A stretch of DNA of 64,000 nucleotides. It comes from Eledone cirrhosa. Lineage: Eukaryota. Positions 1-14,565 of this stretch are shown in pieces. The translations under genes were made by a program, and so were the position numbers. Below the pieces are notes generated by a model that did no database searches, was not told the DNA's origin, and was given only the letters and a program-made list of their open reading frames with translations. Where the stretch lies: positions 75,516,001 to 75,580,000 of the forward strand of contig OZ024745.1 in NCBI GenBank assembly GCA_964016885.1. Reading direction: 5' to 3'. The first letter of the stretch is position 1. Each line of letters begins with the position of its first letter.

Positions 1-56
<56 letters not shown>

Positions 57-477
57 ATGTGTGTGGTGGGGGGGGGGGGGGGGGGGGGGGTATGTACGTA
101 TATATATATAACAACTCTAGCAATCGTGAGTGACAGATTTTTACGTAGTGTATAAACGACAGGTTTAATCTGTATTGAAAAGCCGGAAAGAAGACAAATA
201 TTAATAAATCTAATAAAATAAACAATTTTCTTTTGCAATACTATCTCTATATTCCTGGGATTTGTAGGTGAGAACATAATAAAAATAATCTTCGCAGGAT
301 TTAAAACAGTTAACCGGTATCAAAATATAAGGAAATACAATATTTAATTAGTTTAGAGACGGACTGCGACGAAAGTATGCATATATATATATATCTTGTT
401 ATATTTGGGGAGGATCGTATTGCTAATAAATACATATATATATATATATATCCATACATATATATATATATGCATAT

Positions 478-541
<64 letters not shown>

Positions 542-575
542 ATACATATATATATATGCATATATTCATACATAT

Positions 576-701
<126 letters not shown>

Positions 702-1065
702 TAAGTTAAAGATGTACATCCATATATGTATACTGAAATACTAGTATGTATATGAATACACACACGTATACATATGTAGATGTACCAAGTTTTTTCACTG
801 GTCACTTTACTGTGAGTGGCCAGCTATTCTGTATGTAAACACACAGACAAACCGGTTTTTAGAGTCATACTGGTTTTTGAGGAAACACCTTTCCTCTAAA
901 TGAAACGAAATTTAATTTCGTTTCGTTATTTGTTTTTATCGTCTCCGTTGAACCGGTACTTACTCACACTCTATGCAAATTAGTATGCCCACTACTAATT
1001 TTCATAGAAAAAGCATATAACGATATGTGCTTTTACGATTCTCTAGAGAGGCCGGAAGATAGGTA

Positions 1066-1110
1066 AATATTGCTGATGAGTTGTAACAACAACGAAACTA
1101 GTTCAATATT
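1066..1110 (+). ncRNA. Minimal type-I hammerhead ribozyme (F1 copy 1)
   Basis: AATATTG-CTGATGA-GTTGT(AACA)ACAAC-GAAA-CTAG-TT-CAATATT: 7-bp stem I, canonical core, 5-bp stem II, palindromic stem III (ACTAGT), predicted cleavage after GUU at 1103. Confidence 0.88.
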
Positions 1111-1532
1111 CCTTGTCTGGCTTTCTGGAGAATAGAGGAAAGGTGTTTCCTCAAAAACCAGTATGACTCTAAAAACCGGTTTGTCTGTGTGTTTACATAC
1201 AGAATAGCTGGCCACTCACAGTAAAGTGACCAGTGAAAAAACTTGGTACATCTACATATGTATACGTGTGTGTATTCATATACATACTAGTATTTCAGTA
1301 TACATATATGGATGTACATCTTTAACTTAATTGTTTAAGCGTCAGTCATACAAAAGTGAGTTACAAATGAAACGAAATTTAATTTCGTTTCGTTATTTGT
1401 TTTTATCGTCTCCGTTGAACCGGTACTTACTCACACTCTATGCAAATTAGTATGCCCACTACTAATTTTCATAGAAAAAGCATATAACGATATGTGCTTT
1501 TACGATTCTCTAGAGAGGCCGGAAGATAGGTA

Positions 1533-1577
1533 AATATTGCTGATGAGTTGTAACAACAACGAAACTAGTTCAATATA
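1533..1577 (+). ncRNA. Minimal type-I hammerhead ribozyme (F1 copy 2)
   Basis: Same motif as 1066-1110, with a 2-nt AT insertion at the distal end of stem I. Confidence 0.88.
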
Positions 1578-2001
1578 TTCCTTGTCTGGCTTTCTGGAGA
1601 ATAGAGGAAAGGTGTTTCCTCAAAAACCAGTATGACTCTAAAAACCGGTTTGTCTGTGTGTTTACATACAGAATAGCTGGCCACTCACAGTAAAGTGACC
1701 AGTGAAAAAACTTGGTACATCTACATATGTATACGTGTGTGTATTCATATACATACTAGTATTTCAGTATACATATATGGATGTACATCTTTAACTTAAT
1801 TGTTTAAGCGTCAGTCATACAAAAGTGAGTTACAAATGAAACGAAATTTAATTTCGTTTCGTTATTTGTTTTTATCGTCTCCGTTGAACCGGTACTTACT
1901 CACACTCTATGCAAATTAGTATGCCCACTACTAATTTTCATAGAAAAAGCATATAACGATATGTGCTTTTACGATTCTCTAGAGAGGCCGGAAGATAGGT
2001 A

Positions 2002-2046
2002 AATATTGCTGATGAGTTGTAACAACAACGAAACTAGTTCAATATT
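2002..2046 (+). ncRNA. Minimal type-I hammerhead ribozyme (F1 copy 3)
   Basis: Identical to 1066-1110. Confidence 0.88.
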
Positions 2047-2335
2047 CCTTGTCTGGCTTTCTGGAGAATAGAGGAAAGGTGTTTCCTCAAAAACCAGTAT
2101 GACTCTAAAAACCGGTTTGTCTGTGTGTTTACATACAGAATAGCTGGCCACTCACAGTAAAGTGACCAGTGAAAAAACTTGGTACATCTACATATGTATA
2201 CGTGTGTGTATTCATATACATACTAGTATTTCAGTATACATATATGGATGTACATCTTTAACTTAATTGTTTAAGCGTCAGTCATACAAAAGTGAGTTAC
2301 AAATGAAACGAAATTTAATTTCGTTTCGTTATTTG

Positions 2336-2464
<129 letters not shown>

Positions 2465-2490
2465 ATTTTTCTCTATATTTTAATATATAT

Positions 2491-2573
<83 letters not shown>

Positions 2574-2672
2574 GTGAGTAGAGAGAGAAATAGATAGAAA
2601 GTTATAGATATATATGTATACGTAAATATATATACATATATTTACAGGTATACATATATATATATATAACAC

Positions 2673-2741
<69 letters not shown>

Positions 2742-2799
2742 TAAACATACACATATATTTATATACATATAAATATATATATATATATGTGTATATATT

Positions 2800-2838
<39 letters not shown>

Positions 2839-3317
2839 CTGAATTCATCAATTCTGTTCTTTCCTTTGTCTAGTATGAAATATTATATAAAATCAAAATG
2901 TAATAAAATATAATAAAATGTTGTGTGGAAAGTTTTTGTCTGCTTTTGAGCAATTCCAACTTGAATCTCTCTTGAGGAATCCTTTTGGAAAGTCAATGTG
3001 TCTTTTCTTCCCTTCATTTCTTCCATTCTATTTGATGCCTCTTATTTAGTCCCACCTTCTAATTCAATTCCATCGATATTTCAACTCTCTGAAAGACTAA
3101 CAGACATTAACAGCATTCCCAAAAGTCACTGAACTCTGATTCAGCTCTTTTACATGCTAATCACAAAATCTTTTGATTTGATTTGTTGCTATGGCTCATT
3201 GGTTACACCTCACTATGCCTTTATATTCTTCTTCTTCTTCTTCTTCTTCTTCTTCTTCTTCTTCTTCTCGTTCTCTCCTCCCTCACCCTTCTCTCTCACT
3301 TTCTCTCTCTCTCTCTC

Positions 3318-3373
<56 letters not shown>

Positions 3374-3769
3374 ATTGTTACTCCTTGAACGTCTATAGAC
3401 ATACATACACATACATACATCCTTCTCTCCTCTGCGTCCATTCATCAACTGCTTTCTTCTTCAATGCACTTTTTCTTCTTTTCTATTGTCGTGACGTCTC
3501 TCTTCTAAGCAGGCTTCCTTACATAAAAAACGCATAAAACACACATAAATGCACAAATATACACATATTGCTTCTCCATAAATAAGACAGCTATTGTGAA
3601 ATCAATGAAGCGCTGAAAGCAAGACCCGTTGTATTTCCCCCATAAATCGACAAGCAATATTGTTTGACTAGGATATCAATCGCTGGAAACTCAAGAGATC
3701 AAGTAGCTGTCTCCTCCTTCCTTTCTCTTTTATTTTCTTCTCATTCTCTCACTCATTCCCATTCTCATC

Positions 3770-4312
3770 TACCTACATATCTATCCTTCCTTTCTCTCAC
3801 TCCTTCCCATTGTCATCTACTTACCAATCCTTCTTTTATTTATATTTTCTTCTCATTCTCTCACTACTTCCCATTCTCATCTATCTATCTATCCTTCCTT
3901 TCTCTTACTCCTTCCCATTCTCATCTATCTATCTATCCTTCCTTTCTCTTACTCCTTCCCATTCTCATCTATCTATCTATCCTTCCTTTCTCTTACTCCT
4001 TCCCATTCTCATCTATCTATCTATCCTTCTTTTCTCTTACTCCTTCCCATTCTCATCTATCTATCTATCCTTTCTCTCTCTTACTCCTTCCCATTCTCAT
4101 CTATCTATCTATCCTTCCTCTCTCTTACTCCTTCCCATTCTCATCTATCTATCTATCCTTCCTCTCTCTTACTCCTTCCCATTCTCATCTATCTATCTAT
4201 CCTTCCTCTCTCTTACTCCTTCCCATTCTCATCTATATATCTATCCTTCCTTTCTCTTTATTTTCTTCTTATTCTCTCATTCCTTCCCATTCTCATCTAC
4301 CTATCTATCTAT
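3770..4312. repeat. 44-bp pyrimidine-rich minisatellite (CCTTCCTYTCTCTTACTCCTTCCCATTCTCATCTATCTATCTAT), about 10-12 copies, followed by (CTT)n to ~4447
   Basis: Direct tandem periodicity of 44 bp. Confidence 0.92.
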
Positions 4313-4947
4313 CTTCTTCTTCTTCTTCTTCTTCTTCTTCTTCTTCTTCTTCTTCTTCTTCTTCTTCTTCTTCTTCTTCTTCTTCTTCTTCTTCTTTTTC
4401 TTTCTTCCTCTTCTTCTTCTTCTTTTTCTTTCTTCTTCTTCTTCTTCAACTTATAATCCGTCTGTTCTCTCTCTTCAATTTCTGATTCACTATGGATGGA
4501 TCTTTCAACTGACAATAGATCTCCGTCTTTAAGAAATTAATATTCTGAATATATGGGACTAACTTTTCCCAAAGACTCTCCAATATGTAGTTGAGAAAAA
4601 TACTATATTTCTTTAAATTACTATTCCCTTCGCTAAAATTATTTTTTTTTTAAATGAAACAAACATCAACAACGTCTACATCGATGACAACAAAGACAAC
4701 GGCGATAATGATGATGGTGATGATGATGATGATGATAATGACGACGATGATGACGACGACGATGAAGAGGAGGAGGAGAAGGAGGAGGAGGTGGAGGAGG
4801 AGGAAGAAAGCAATAATAATAATTCCGTTTATCATTACAGTGAATCCAAGAAGGTTTGGAACTCTGGCACTAATTTAACCAATTTCGTAAAAATAATGTC
4901 CGTACATTTTGAACTCGGAATGTAGACATTATATTAAGGGAAATTGA

Positions 4948-5170
4948 GAGCGGTGGATTGGCAGTATCGGTAGAGGGTCAGACGCCATGCTTTGCAGCAT
5001 AGAGTTACGGCTCTTTATGATCTGAGCTCAAATCCTGCCGAGGTTAACTTTGCCTTTCATCCTTATGGGGTCGATAAAATAAAGTACCAGTCACGCACTG
5101 GGTTCGATTTAATCGACTTTCCCCTCCCCCAAATTACTGGCCTTGTGCCTCTATATAAGAAACCATTATA
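4948..5170 (+). mobile_element. tRNA-derived SINE, family S1 (near full length)
   Basis: A-box-like TGGCAGTATCGG, B-box-like GAGCTCAAATCC, central GCCTTTCATCCTTA..GGGGTCGATAAAATAAAGTACCAG and tail CTGGCCTTGTGCC; more than 12 copies in the window. Confidence 0.85.
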
Positions 5171-5569
5171 TTAAGGGAAATATTTTTAAGGATTTTCTTA
5201 CACACACACACACTCACACACACACGCACACATGCACACACAGACACTCATGCACACATCCACATACACACATGCACACATGCACACACACACATACGCA
5301 CACACACAATGACGAATACTCATGCACTCATGCACACAAAGACAGAAGCAAACGTAGACAAATTGATGTGTTTATTTCTCTATAAGTGAGCGTGTATGCA
5401 TATGTGTGTATATGTGTATATATGTGTATATATGTGTGTATATGTGAGTGTATGTCCCTGCAGGTATGTCTGTGCATATCAAAATAAGGATAAGTTTGCA
5501 GCATGGCCGCAGTCTAATGTCTTATGTATATCGACACCGGTTGACACACACGCACATATATATGTGTAT

Positions 5570-5634
<65 letters not shown>

Positions 5635-5656
5635 GAGGGAGAGAGAGATTGAGAGA

Positions 5657-5716
<60 letters not shown>

Positions 5717-5718
5717 AT

Positions 5719-6176
5719 ATAAATGGAAAAGAATGAAACGAGATTTCTTTCATTCCTCACGCTTAGTACGGCTGATACTTAAATGTAAGTATGTATGTAT
5801 ACGTACATACATATATGTATACAGACGTACAGTAGTATGTATATATATACATACATGCACACATATATATATATGTACGTATGGGTTTACCGAACATTTA
5901 TTATAATGTTCGGTTTGTTTGTAAACAAACACACAGCCAGAATTACGCCGTACAGTGTTCAGGCAAGCATCGTCGCCTTTTTGTTCAACACTGACACAAG
6001 AACGATGTACTAGTTTCAAGCTTATTAGCTATCGTCAGCATCGTATACCTTCCTGCCAGATGATTGAACGTCTGAAAGTATATACTTTCCTTATGCATAT
6101 TAACGGCTGAGCAGCCTAATTTGCATATCGAGTGAGTTAGTCGGCCGGGCGCACCGAAAACGATAAATGGAAAAGA
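5719..6176 (-). mobile_element. Retrozyme-like non-coding element, family F2 (one 444-bp unit plus 14-bp terminal redundancy)
   Basis: ATAAATGGAAAAGA repeated at 5719 and 6163; homologous to 41925-42608 and 49234-50100; HHR on the minus strand; TA/TG microsatellite flanks. Confidence 0.88.
6002..6044 (-). ncRNA. Minimal type-I hammerhead ribozyme (F2)
   Basis: Minus strand ACGATG-CTGACGA-TAGCT(AATA)AGCTT-GAAA-CTAG-TA-CATCGT; predicted GUA cleavage. Confidence 0.85.
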
Positions 6177-6238
6177 TATATATATATATATATTTAAGAG
6201 AGTAAAACAAAGAATCCTTTAATACATCAAAAGTTTTT

Positions 6239-6283
6239 ATTAGCCGACAATGTTTCGTCCTATTAAGGACTCATCAGGGCAAT
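6239..6283 (-). ncRNA. Hammerhead ribozyme in inverted pLTR
   Basis: Reverse complement of 8623-8667. Confidence 0.85.
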
Positions 6284-8127
6284 CAAAACAACAAGAGGTA
6301 ATATCGGCAGATACAAGCCAGAAACTCTGAAGAATATGGAGTGTACATACACTGGAGTTTAGTAGCACGATCTAACCACCTTTCTGCACATAGTAAGTTT
6401 TGTAATCTCTGTATACTTGAGACACACTCTATTATTTTCTCTAGCGTACCCTTACTGAATAGAAAGTCTGAGATATTCTCTTCTTGCCCCCATGCCATTT
6501 CTAATTCTTATTTTTATTATAAACCTAAATGTTCTAGTAGTACAAATTGTACCCATTAGCAGATATATTCCATTACTTAGTTTTTTGTTTGGGTTCTTTT
6601 GTTTGCCAACATTAATGTTATCATTGGTTTTTGATGACTCTTCTTTCTAGCTTTCATAATCATTTGGCCACTGTACCATATCTATGTCTTCACTAGTACA
6701 CCTTGTTAGTATACATAAGATTACACACTTTACGCCACTTACGTTATTCTATTATTATCTTTATATTTTTTTATTATTATTAACTTTAATTTTAATTTTA
6801 ATTTTATTTTTATTTTTAATTCTATTTTTATTTCTAAGTCTATTCTGATTTATCTATCGACAACCCCCCCCCCTTCTCCCCCCCCCCCCCCATGCACACA
6901 TAAACTTATTGTCAACCCCTCCTGATTGAATATGATTATATTTAACCCCCCCCCCCTCTTTTATGCTCCGTTCTATTATTTATTATAGTATATCGAATAT
7001 ATTTTATGCCACTTCGCACCCTCCATATATTTTGTCAATTCTGTCCCCATTAGCCTACCTTAATTCTACTTAAGTCAGTTTTTTAGATATCGTTGCGTAT
7101 ATGATAGTATAATTTTATTCCTTTTTGTAAGCATTTGTAACGATACATTAAAGTTTATATACTTTAATGACTTAAACTACAGCTAATATTATACTACCTT
7201 ATTGGACGGGTTCGATATTTTTAATATTAATTTATCAAATAGGGTTTGGAGTCATTTAAAATGATTGCTTTCCTTGGTGTTTACCTAATTTCTTAAATGC
7301 ACGCGAGGCCTAAATGTGTATACATTTGCTTTTGTTTTGTAATTTCCGGTTGATTGTATTTATTTGTTTTATTCTATATTCTATTTACTATTCACTGTCT
7401 GGCTTCGCTCACTCGTCCACATATGTCTGTCTACTAACCTTGTAATTATAAGTATTTATATATTTTATGCCAATTTTAAAATATATTATATTATATTGTA
7501 TGTTATATATATCCTTATTACTTACTGTTCATTCTATGTAACATTATGATATTTAAACTTTATATATCATGTAAGATGTCTGGATTTTTTAATGTTATAA
7601 TATGTAACATTATGATATTTAGACTTTACATATCATGTTAGATGTCTGTATATTTTTTTCTGTAACATCATATTTTTTTCTGTAACATCATAATTTTTCC
7701 CTGTACCATTATAGTTTTTTTTTTTTTTTTTTTTTTTGAGTATTATATGATTTATATTTCCTCATTTATTCTGTAACCCAGTATGAATCAATTTGTATAT
7801 ATTGTTTATGGTACATGTTAATATACTGTTAGCATTTTATCATTGTATTTCATTGTGACATCTATATTGTTTCTGTAAATTAACCGGGGATTATCTATTC
7901 TATTTTATTATATTATATTGAATTATATCATTTTGTTGTTTATTATTTGTTATATGTGTTTCTTGTAATTATATCATATTATTGCCTCATGTATATTGGG
8001 TAGATGTATTAGTATTATTTTCACTATTACCATGCTTATTTTTAATATTCAAACTTCTAATAGGGCTTAATTTCTGTGTAGTCGAACATAGATATGTGTA
8101 TTGTTATATGTGTGTGTGTGTGCGTGT

Positions 8128-8273
<146 letters not shown>

Positions 8274-8622
8274 GCGCGCGCGCATATATACATGTATATA
8301 TTGTACCTTTTGATTGTTAATTTGGAATTTTAATGTTGGTAAAAGTATATTATTATTATAATGTATTATATTGTGTTATATATAATTCCTGCTCTATATA
8401 ACCAAATTTGTTTAGATTTAGGTTGGTTGCTTTGGACTATATTTGTAATATGGTTCTTAATGTTATCTACATCCTTAGTTATTCTTATTATATATTTTTA
8501 TTATTTTTATCTTTATTTTCATTTTTATTATCGTATATCTTTGTAAGACATTAGTGTATGTACACTCCATATTCTTCAGAGTTTCTGGCTTGTATCTGCC
8601 GATATTACCTCTTGTTGTTTTG

Positions 8623-8667
8623 ATTGCCCTGATGAGTCCTTAATAGGACGAAACATTGTCGGCTAAT
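8623..8667 (+). ncRNA. Canonical minimal hammerhead ribozyme in PLE pLTR
   Basis: GCC-CTGATGA-GTCCT(TAAT)AGGAC-GAAA-CATTG-TC-GGC; GUC cleavage triplet. Confidence 0.9.
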
Positions 8668-8813
8668 AAAAACTTTTGATGTATTAAAGGATTCTTTGTT
8701 TTACTCTCTTAATGTTTTGGCTCTGTTTAACTGCATTGAGCTATACCTTTTACTGTCATTTCTATAATACGAAGAGGGTGTTTGACTCAAACACGCTTCA
8801 GTATTCTAATCCT

Positions 8814-8965
<152 letters not shown>

Positions 8966-9004
8966 TGTGTGTGTGTCGATCGATTGGTTATTGATTAGGC
9001 GATA

Positions 9005-9114
9005 CCCACTGATGAAGCCGCATAAGCCGATTGTGCATTGTTGCATAATATATGCAGACAGATGGTGCAGTGCACCTTACTGCTGCATTAGTGCGGCAGA
9101 AACTCGAGTCCGGG
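9005..9114 (+). ncRNA. Hammerhead ribozyme with greatly extended stem II, within a ~290-bp element (8976-9262) lying between (TG)n and (TA)n
   Basis: CCCA-CTGATGA-AGCCGCAT...GTGCGGCA-GAAA-CTCGAG-TC-CGGG; palindromic stem III, GUC site; the innermost stem I pair is mismatched. Confidence 0.72.
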
Positions 9115-9300
9115 AACCTTATAGGCACCCGTTTTACGCGTGTTGTGTTGAGGCAAATAACTATGTGTATACTGTGGTAATGATCTTACATTGCCCATTG
9201 AGTGCGCTGAGATACAACCGGTACTGGCATTGATAAATATGCTGGGTCCGTCAACCCTTATTATATATATATATATGTATCTATGTATGTATATATATAT

Positions 9301-9382
<82 letters not shown>

Positions 9383-9406
9383 TCTCTCTTATATATATAT
9401 ATATAA

Positions 9407-11206
9407 ATAGAAGGACTCAAATTTATCTTGGAGAACAATTACTTCGTTTTGAATAACAAATCCTACAGGCAGAAATCTGGGACCGCTATGGGAACGAAAA
9501 CAGCCCCCACTTATGCCAACCTAGTCATGGGATACCTGGAAATCACCCTCTACACTAAAGTACTAAACAAATTTGGAAACACTCTCCACTTACACATAGA
9601 AAAGAACTGGACGCGATATCTAGATGGCTGCTTCATCCTTTGGCACGAAAACATCGAGAAACTTAAAGAATTTCACACCCTTATAAATGGGCTCAATACG
9701 AATATTAATATTAAGATGGAATACAGCCATCAACAACTCCGCTTCCTCGACATCCTCATTAAGATTCATAACAAAAAAATAGAAACAGACATATACTACA
9801 AGCCCACAGACTCCAAGCAATATCTTCCTTTCAACTCTTGCCACCCTAGACACGTTAAAATTATTCCCTACAACTTAGCCAAGAGAATCTGTACTATAGT
9901 CTCCAATAAAAACACCTGTTACTTACAGCTACAAGAACTAAAGGACACTCATAGGCAGGGACTACCCTGCATCACTAATTGACAATGGAATCCAACGTGC
10001 CCTAAAACTCAGTACCCAGGACCTTAGACACCCTAAAGTAAATCAACCGAAACTAAAAGCTCTTCCATACATCTCCACACACAACCCCCTCAACAATGAG
10101 GCCTTTGACACCATCCTCCAGAACATCCCTGTGTTAAAAAAGGACCATAGAATGAACCAAATCCTTTGAACACACGATATCATAAAGAGCAAAAGACAAT
10201 CTAAGTCAATGAAAAACATCCTAACACATGCCAAAGTACTGCCAACCACAACAACGAAACCCACAGTAAAAAAAATGCGATAGACCTAACTGTGGCATAT
10301 GCATCACCCTAATAGAGGGTTCGGAATTCTATTTCAAAGAAGGACAACGTTTTATAGTAAAACAAAATTTCACATGCGCATCAGAAAATCTAATATATGT
10401 ATTAACTTGCTCAGGTTGTCGAGAACAATACATAGGCCAGACCAAAAACAGCCTCCGCCAACGCATGACTGTCCATAGATCCCAAATTAAAATACGGGAA
10501 TACAGAAAAATACCACTGAGTGAACACATTGATACTTGTGCCGCCCAAAATCATCCCAACTTTAGAATCTTTCCCCTCTACAAATTTAAAGATAATGCCA
10601 CCCACAACCAGCGCATCAGCAACGAATCTCACTTTATTAACAAATACGGACCCCGTCTAAACACTTATCCCTAAGACGAACCCACAACATACACACGTCA
10701 ACATACATACCTACATCAGCATACATCCTACATACATTTCTATCCACATATAAACACAATGACATACGTAAACACACATGTTCTATGGTGCAACACAAAT
10801 ATACACAAATTTGCATACCTTTTGATGTTTATAGATATAAACGTGCCGACACACAAACATACATATACGCACACATGCATTGCACACTGATGGGCACATA
10901 CATATTTGTACACAAGTATTCCCATACGGCAGGGCCTAATGGATTCCCCTTGCAGTACGTACAATCTGGACACTCACACACACCTTGGTGTTATGACAAT
11001 ACTATACATCATTTCACCCCTTTTATTATTAATGTTTTTGATGTTCTTTTGAGAGAATCGTTTTGCAAATTACTGAAAATATCGAATAATGTACACCATT
11101 TTTACCAGTATCACAAAAATACTGGTCCATCCACACACACATACACACACACATACACACACATACACACACACACATACACACGCGTACACTAACATAC
11201 AAACAG

Positions 11207-11253
<47 letters not shown>

Positions 11254-11390
11254 TCTCCGTATAAGACAAGAGCTGAAAAATATCTTTCAACATGTTACAC
11301 GTACACACACATTCACACGTACACACACATTCACACGTACACACACATTCCTACTGACCGAATTTATTTCCTCTACCACGAACCACTCTG

Positions 11391-11441
<51 letters not shown>

Positions 11442-11934
11442 CACATATTTGTCTCAATAGACACCTGAACTGTTGACCTTTCAAAATGACTGCAATTCAC
11501 ACACACATCCCTACTGACCATTATCACAACAATGAACCTCTTTACTACACACACACACAAGCGCACACACACACACATATTTCTCTTAAAAAACTTATTT
11601 TTCAGTGACTTCTCAATCAGGCGAAAAAGGACACTCTTCGACAAACCTACATTTGGCGCAAAATCAATTTTTAACATTCACGTGACCTCTACCGACCAAT
11701 CAAAATTGTTTTGACTACAAGAATTTTTGCAACACGAATTGGCGCGAAATTTATAGTACTCATTCACGTGACATTCAACAACCAAACAAATCTTAATACC
11801 TCTGGAGCCACTTTTTTCACATAAAACAGGAAGAATTTCCAAAACTGATCAGATTAGAGCAAACATCACGAGCGCTCTATCTCAAAATTATTTTTGAAAA
11901 GCATATAAATGTGCAACCGGTAAAAACTTAAAAC

Positions 11935-11940
<6 letters not shown>
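9407..11940 (+). mobile_element. 5'-truncated Neptune-like Penelope retroelement: RT + CxxC linker + GIY-YIG (degenerate ORF 9407-10674) and CA-rich 3' UTR/pLTR
   Basis: RT motifs [34 protein letters not shown] (YxDD mutated), FLDILI, YYKPTDSKQYL..SCHP; linker CDRPNCGIC; endonuclease NLIYVLTCSGCREQYIGQT...R...H; frameshifts near 9948 and 10275, stop near 10168. Confidence 0.92.
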
Positions 11941-12012
<72 letters not shown>

Positions 12013-12018
<6 letters not shown>

Positions 12019-12120
12019 TAACAGATTAAAGTTTAAGCAAAGAATCGCTGCTTTCACCCTTAACGGGATCTTCTATCGAGCCCTCTTTGGATTTTAGTCT
12101 TCAAATTTATTATTATTACT
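12013..12120. mobile_element. Short inverted fragment of a pLTR-like family also found at 23242-23303 and 59946-60268
   Basis: Shared TTAAAATAACAGATTAAAGTTTAAGCAAAGAATCGCTGCTTTCACCCTTAACGG and ATCGAGCCCTCTTTGGATTTTAGTCTTC; all copies sit inside (TA)n. Confidence 0.7.
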
Positions 12121-12763
12121 ATATATATATATATATATATAAATTCTCACAATCTCTCTCTCTCTCTCTCTATTTCTATACATATATATGTGTGTGTGTG
12201 CCGTGTGCCTGCATGTATGTCAGTGCACATCAAAATATGAATATGTTTATTAGTTATAGTAGAGTAGAGTTGTAGTGGTTAGCTGCGTACATTTGTATTG
12301 GTTAGTGGTGAAGAGTGTATTGGTAGTATAAAGGTATGATATGTAGAACTTTTGTGGTTGTAAGTGATGTAGAGCTACTGTTAGTAGTGTGGTGTTGTGG
12401 TTGTTAGTGATGTAGTGCTATGGTTGTTTGTGGTGTAGTGCTATGGTTGTTAGTGTTGTAGCTATTAGAGATGTAGTGCTGTGATGTAGTGATGTGGCTG
12501 TTTGTGGTGTAGTGCTGAGGTTGTTAGTTGTTATGGTTTTATTAGTGTAGTGTGGTAATTGTTAATGTTGTATAGTTGTTGTCATTTAACCCCACACTAG
12601 TCCCGATCACACAGAATATGATGAAAGACTTTCCTATCCTGGAATCGCGTCTTCCTTTCAGGAACAGTATATTAACAAGGACTACATTATTCAATATGTC
12701 CACCCCATATATATATTTAAAATAATTAGCGCTGTACAGCACTAAACTGTAAATGTGTTTTGG

Positions 12764-13211
12764 CAACCTAGTGCAGTCTGCGACTAACCCAGGTTCTGCT
12801 GCACTTCGGGCCTAGGAGGGTAAACTCTCAAGCATCGGTCGCTCTCCGACAGGTTTGCAGTCGAGCCCCTAGCAGTGGAGGCTTCTGGTGTCCTTGGCCC
12901 TTAGGGTACTTCCCTACTTACCACCATCGGCGCTGAGCTGGCTAGCCGCAGGTGTGAGCCTCGCGAGATGGAATGGCTCTTCCAGCGCATCTCCTTTACC
13001 ATCCTCGGGGGAAACGCCTTCTCCATTCTGTGCGCCAGGGCCATGGGGCGGCCAACAAGTGGGACCCCATTTGCTCATAATAGAAAGCGATGGGGAAGGG
13101 CGAGAGAGATGGAGGCGATGACAGTGTTCGGACTTGGTGTGTAGCGTCAGTTGTCCGTAAGGAGGTAGTGATTCATAATTACTCATAATTAGTCTTATTT
13201 TTTTCCTCGTC
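12764..13211 (+). mobile_element. 3' fragment of a CRE-like (RLE) non-LTR retrotransposon, nested in another repeat (12230-12763 and 13212-13285; homolog at 21678-21810)
   Basis: Degenerate translation NLVQSATNPGSAALRA*EGK..RFAVEPLAVEASGVLGP*...RCEPREMEWLFQRISFTILGGNAFSIL matches the P.A.ET.G..G / QR.S....RGNA C-terminus of CRE-clade ORFs. Confidence 0.78.
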
Positions 13212-14229
13212 GTGTAGTGGTTAGTGTTTTTGACAGGCAATGGTTATTGCTGTGTTGTGATAGTGGTTAGTGACGTAGAATTCTGCTAATTTTAGAAAAA
13301 AACAATTTGTTCAAATATGCAAGTCCAAAATCCCGTTTATATCTTAGAAGGAGGTCAGTTGATTTCTTTTATACTGTTCCTAACGCCCTTGGGTATGGCA
13401 TGAACATGGAACAATCCCCCAATCTCCTTCTTTATATAAATCTGTCTACGAATGATTTAGCTCCTTTACCTTCTGAAAGGAGATCATTTTTGAATTCTTA
13501 CTTCGTGTTACAATTCGCAGAATTACAAATGGGTGACAAAATTTACCAAAAAACAAAAAACATAATGATATAAAATACAATAAAATACAATAAACTAAAC
13601 TGAAATAAAACAAAATATACAATAAAATAAGATAAAACAACATGAAGCAGAAGAAAACAAACCCATTTTCTAAATTTATCCCAAAATCTTAGAAATATAA
13701 TAAAATAAATTCTTCTTTCATTAATTATTCAATCAATTAATTAATTTTGTTCCACTATAATTTGAAATTTATTTCATACTTTGTGGTTTGTTTTGCGCTT
13801 AAAAGTGACTTGCTCTTTGTCTTGTGTTCGTCACAAGAAGAATTATTTTAGAATTTCACTCCTTCGGTATTTCTTGTGTATTTTTAAACCGACGACATTT
13901 TTCAGGTGACAGAACAGTGGAAATATTGAACAATTATAAAAGAAATAGGAACGAAATAGAATTTTGCAGAAGGCTTTATATTGTGGCGAACCTGAAAAAA
14001 AATTGTAAAGTAATTTTAAATAAAATGAAAATTAATCCCAATTTAGAGAGATAATTGCTAACAAATAATACCCATAAAATTATTGCTATTTTCTTATTTC
14101 TTTTTGTTTCAAACAATTTATTATTTTAATTTTGATATTTTTCAATAGTGAAACGAAGAGAAATATTATTTTATAAAATGGCGGCTGACAACGACGACGA
14201 CGACTATCTTGATGATGATGATGATGATA

Positions 14230-14303
<74 letters not shown>

Positions 14304-14565
14304 GGTGGTGGTTTTATTGCTAGTGGTGGTTTGTCAGCGTTGATTTAATGATGTTAGAGGCAACACTATGGTAATTAATAAATTCTGTTGATGAATATTA
14401 AATATATAAAAAGGCTATGAAGTAATATGAACGGAATTAAAAGAGCACAAGCAAATAGATTGGAAATATAAGATAAAATAATTCGATATAATATTGTAGT
14501 AATCAAGAGAACTAGAACGAAGACGATGGAAATGGGTCTAATAGATATAATAATGATAATAATAG

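Noticed and set aside
1033-1215. 60-aa ORF repeated at 1969-2151
   Set aside because: Antisense to the ribozyme, frameshifted in unit 2 and not conserved in F2
7166-7220. Possible SECIS (ATGA...GA) in the Naiad-like 3' region
   Set aside because: Helix II does not pair
14148-14348. Possible exon after an AG acceptor encoding poly-D/G
   Set aside because: It is a (GAT)n/(GGT)n microsatellite with no supporting partner exons
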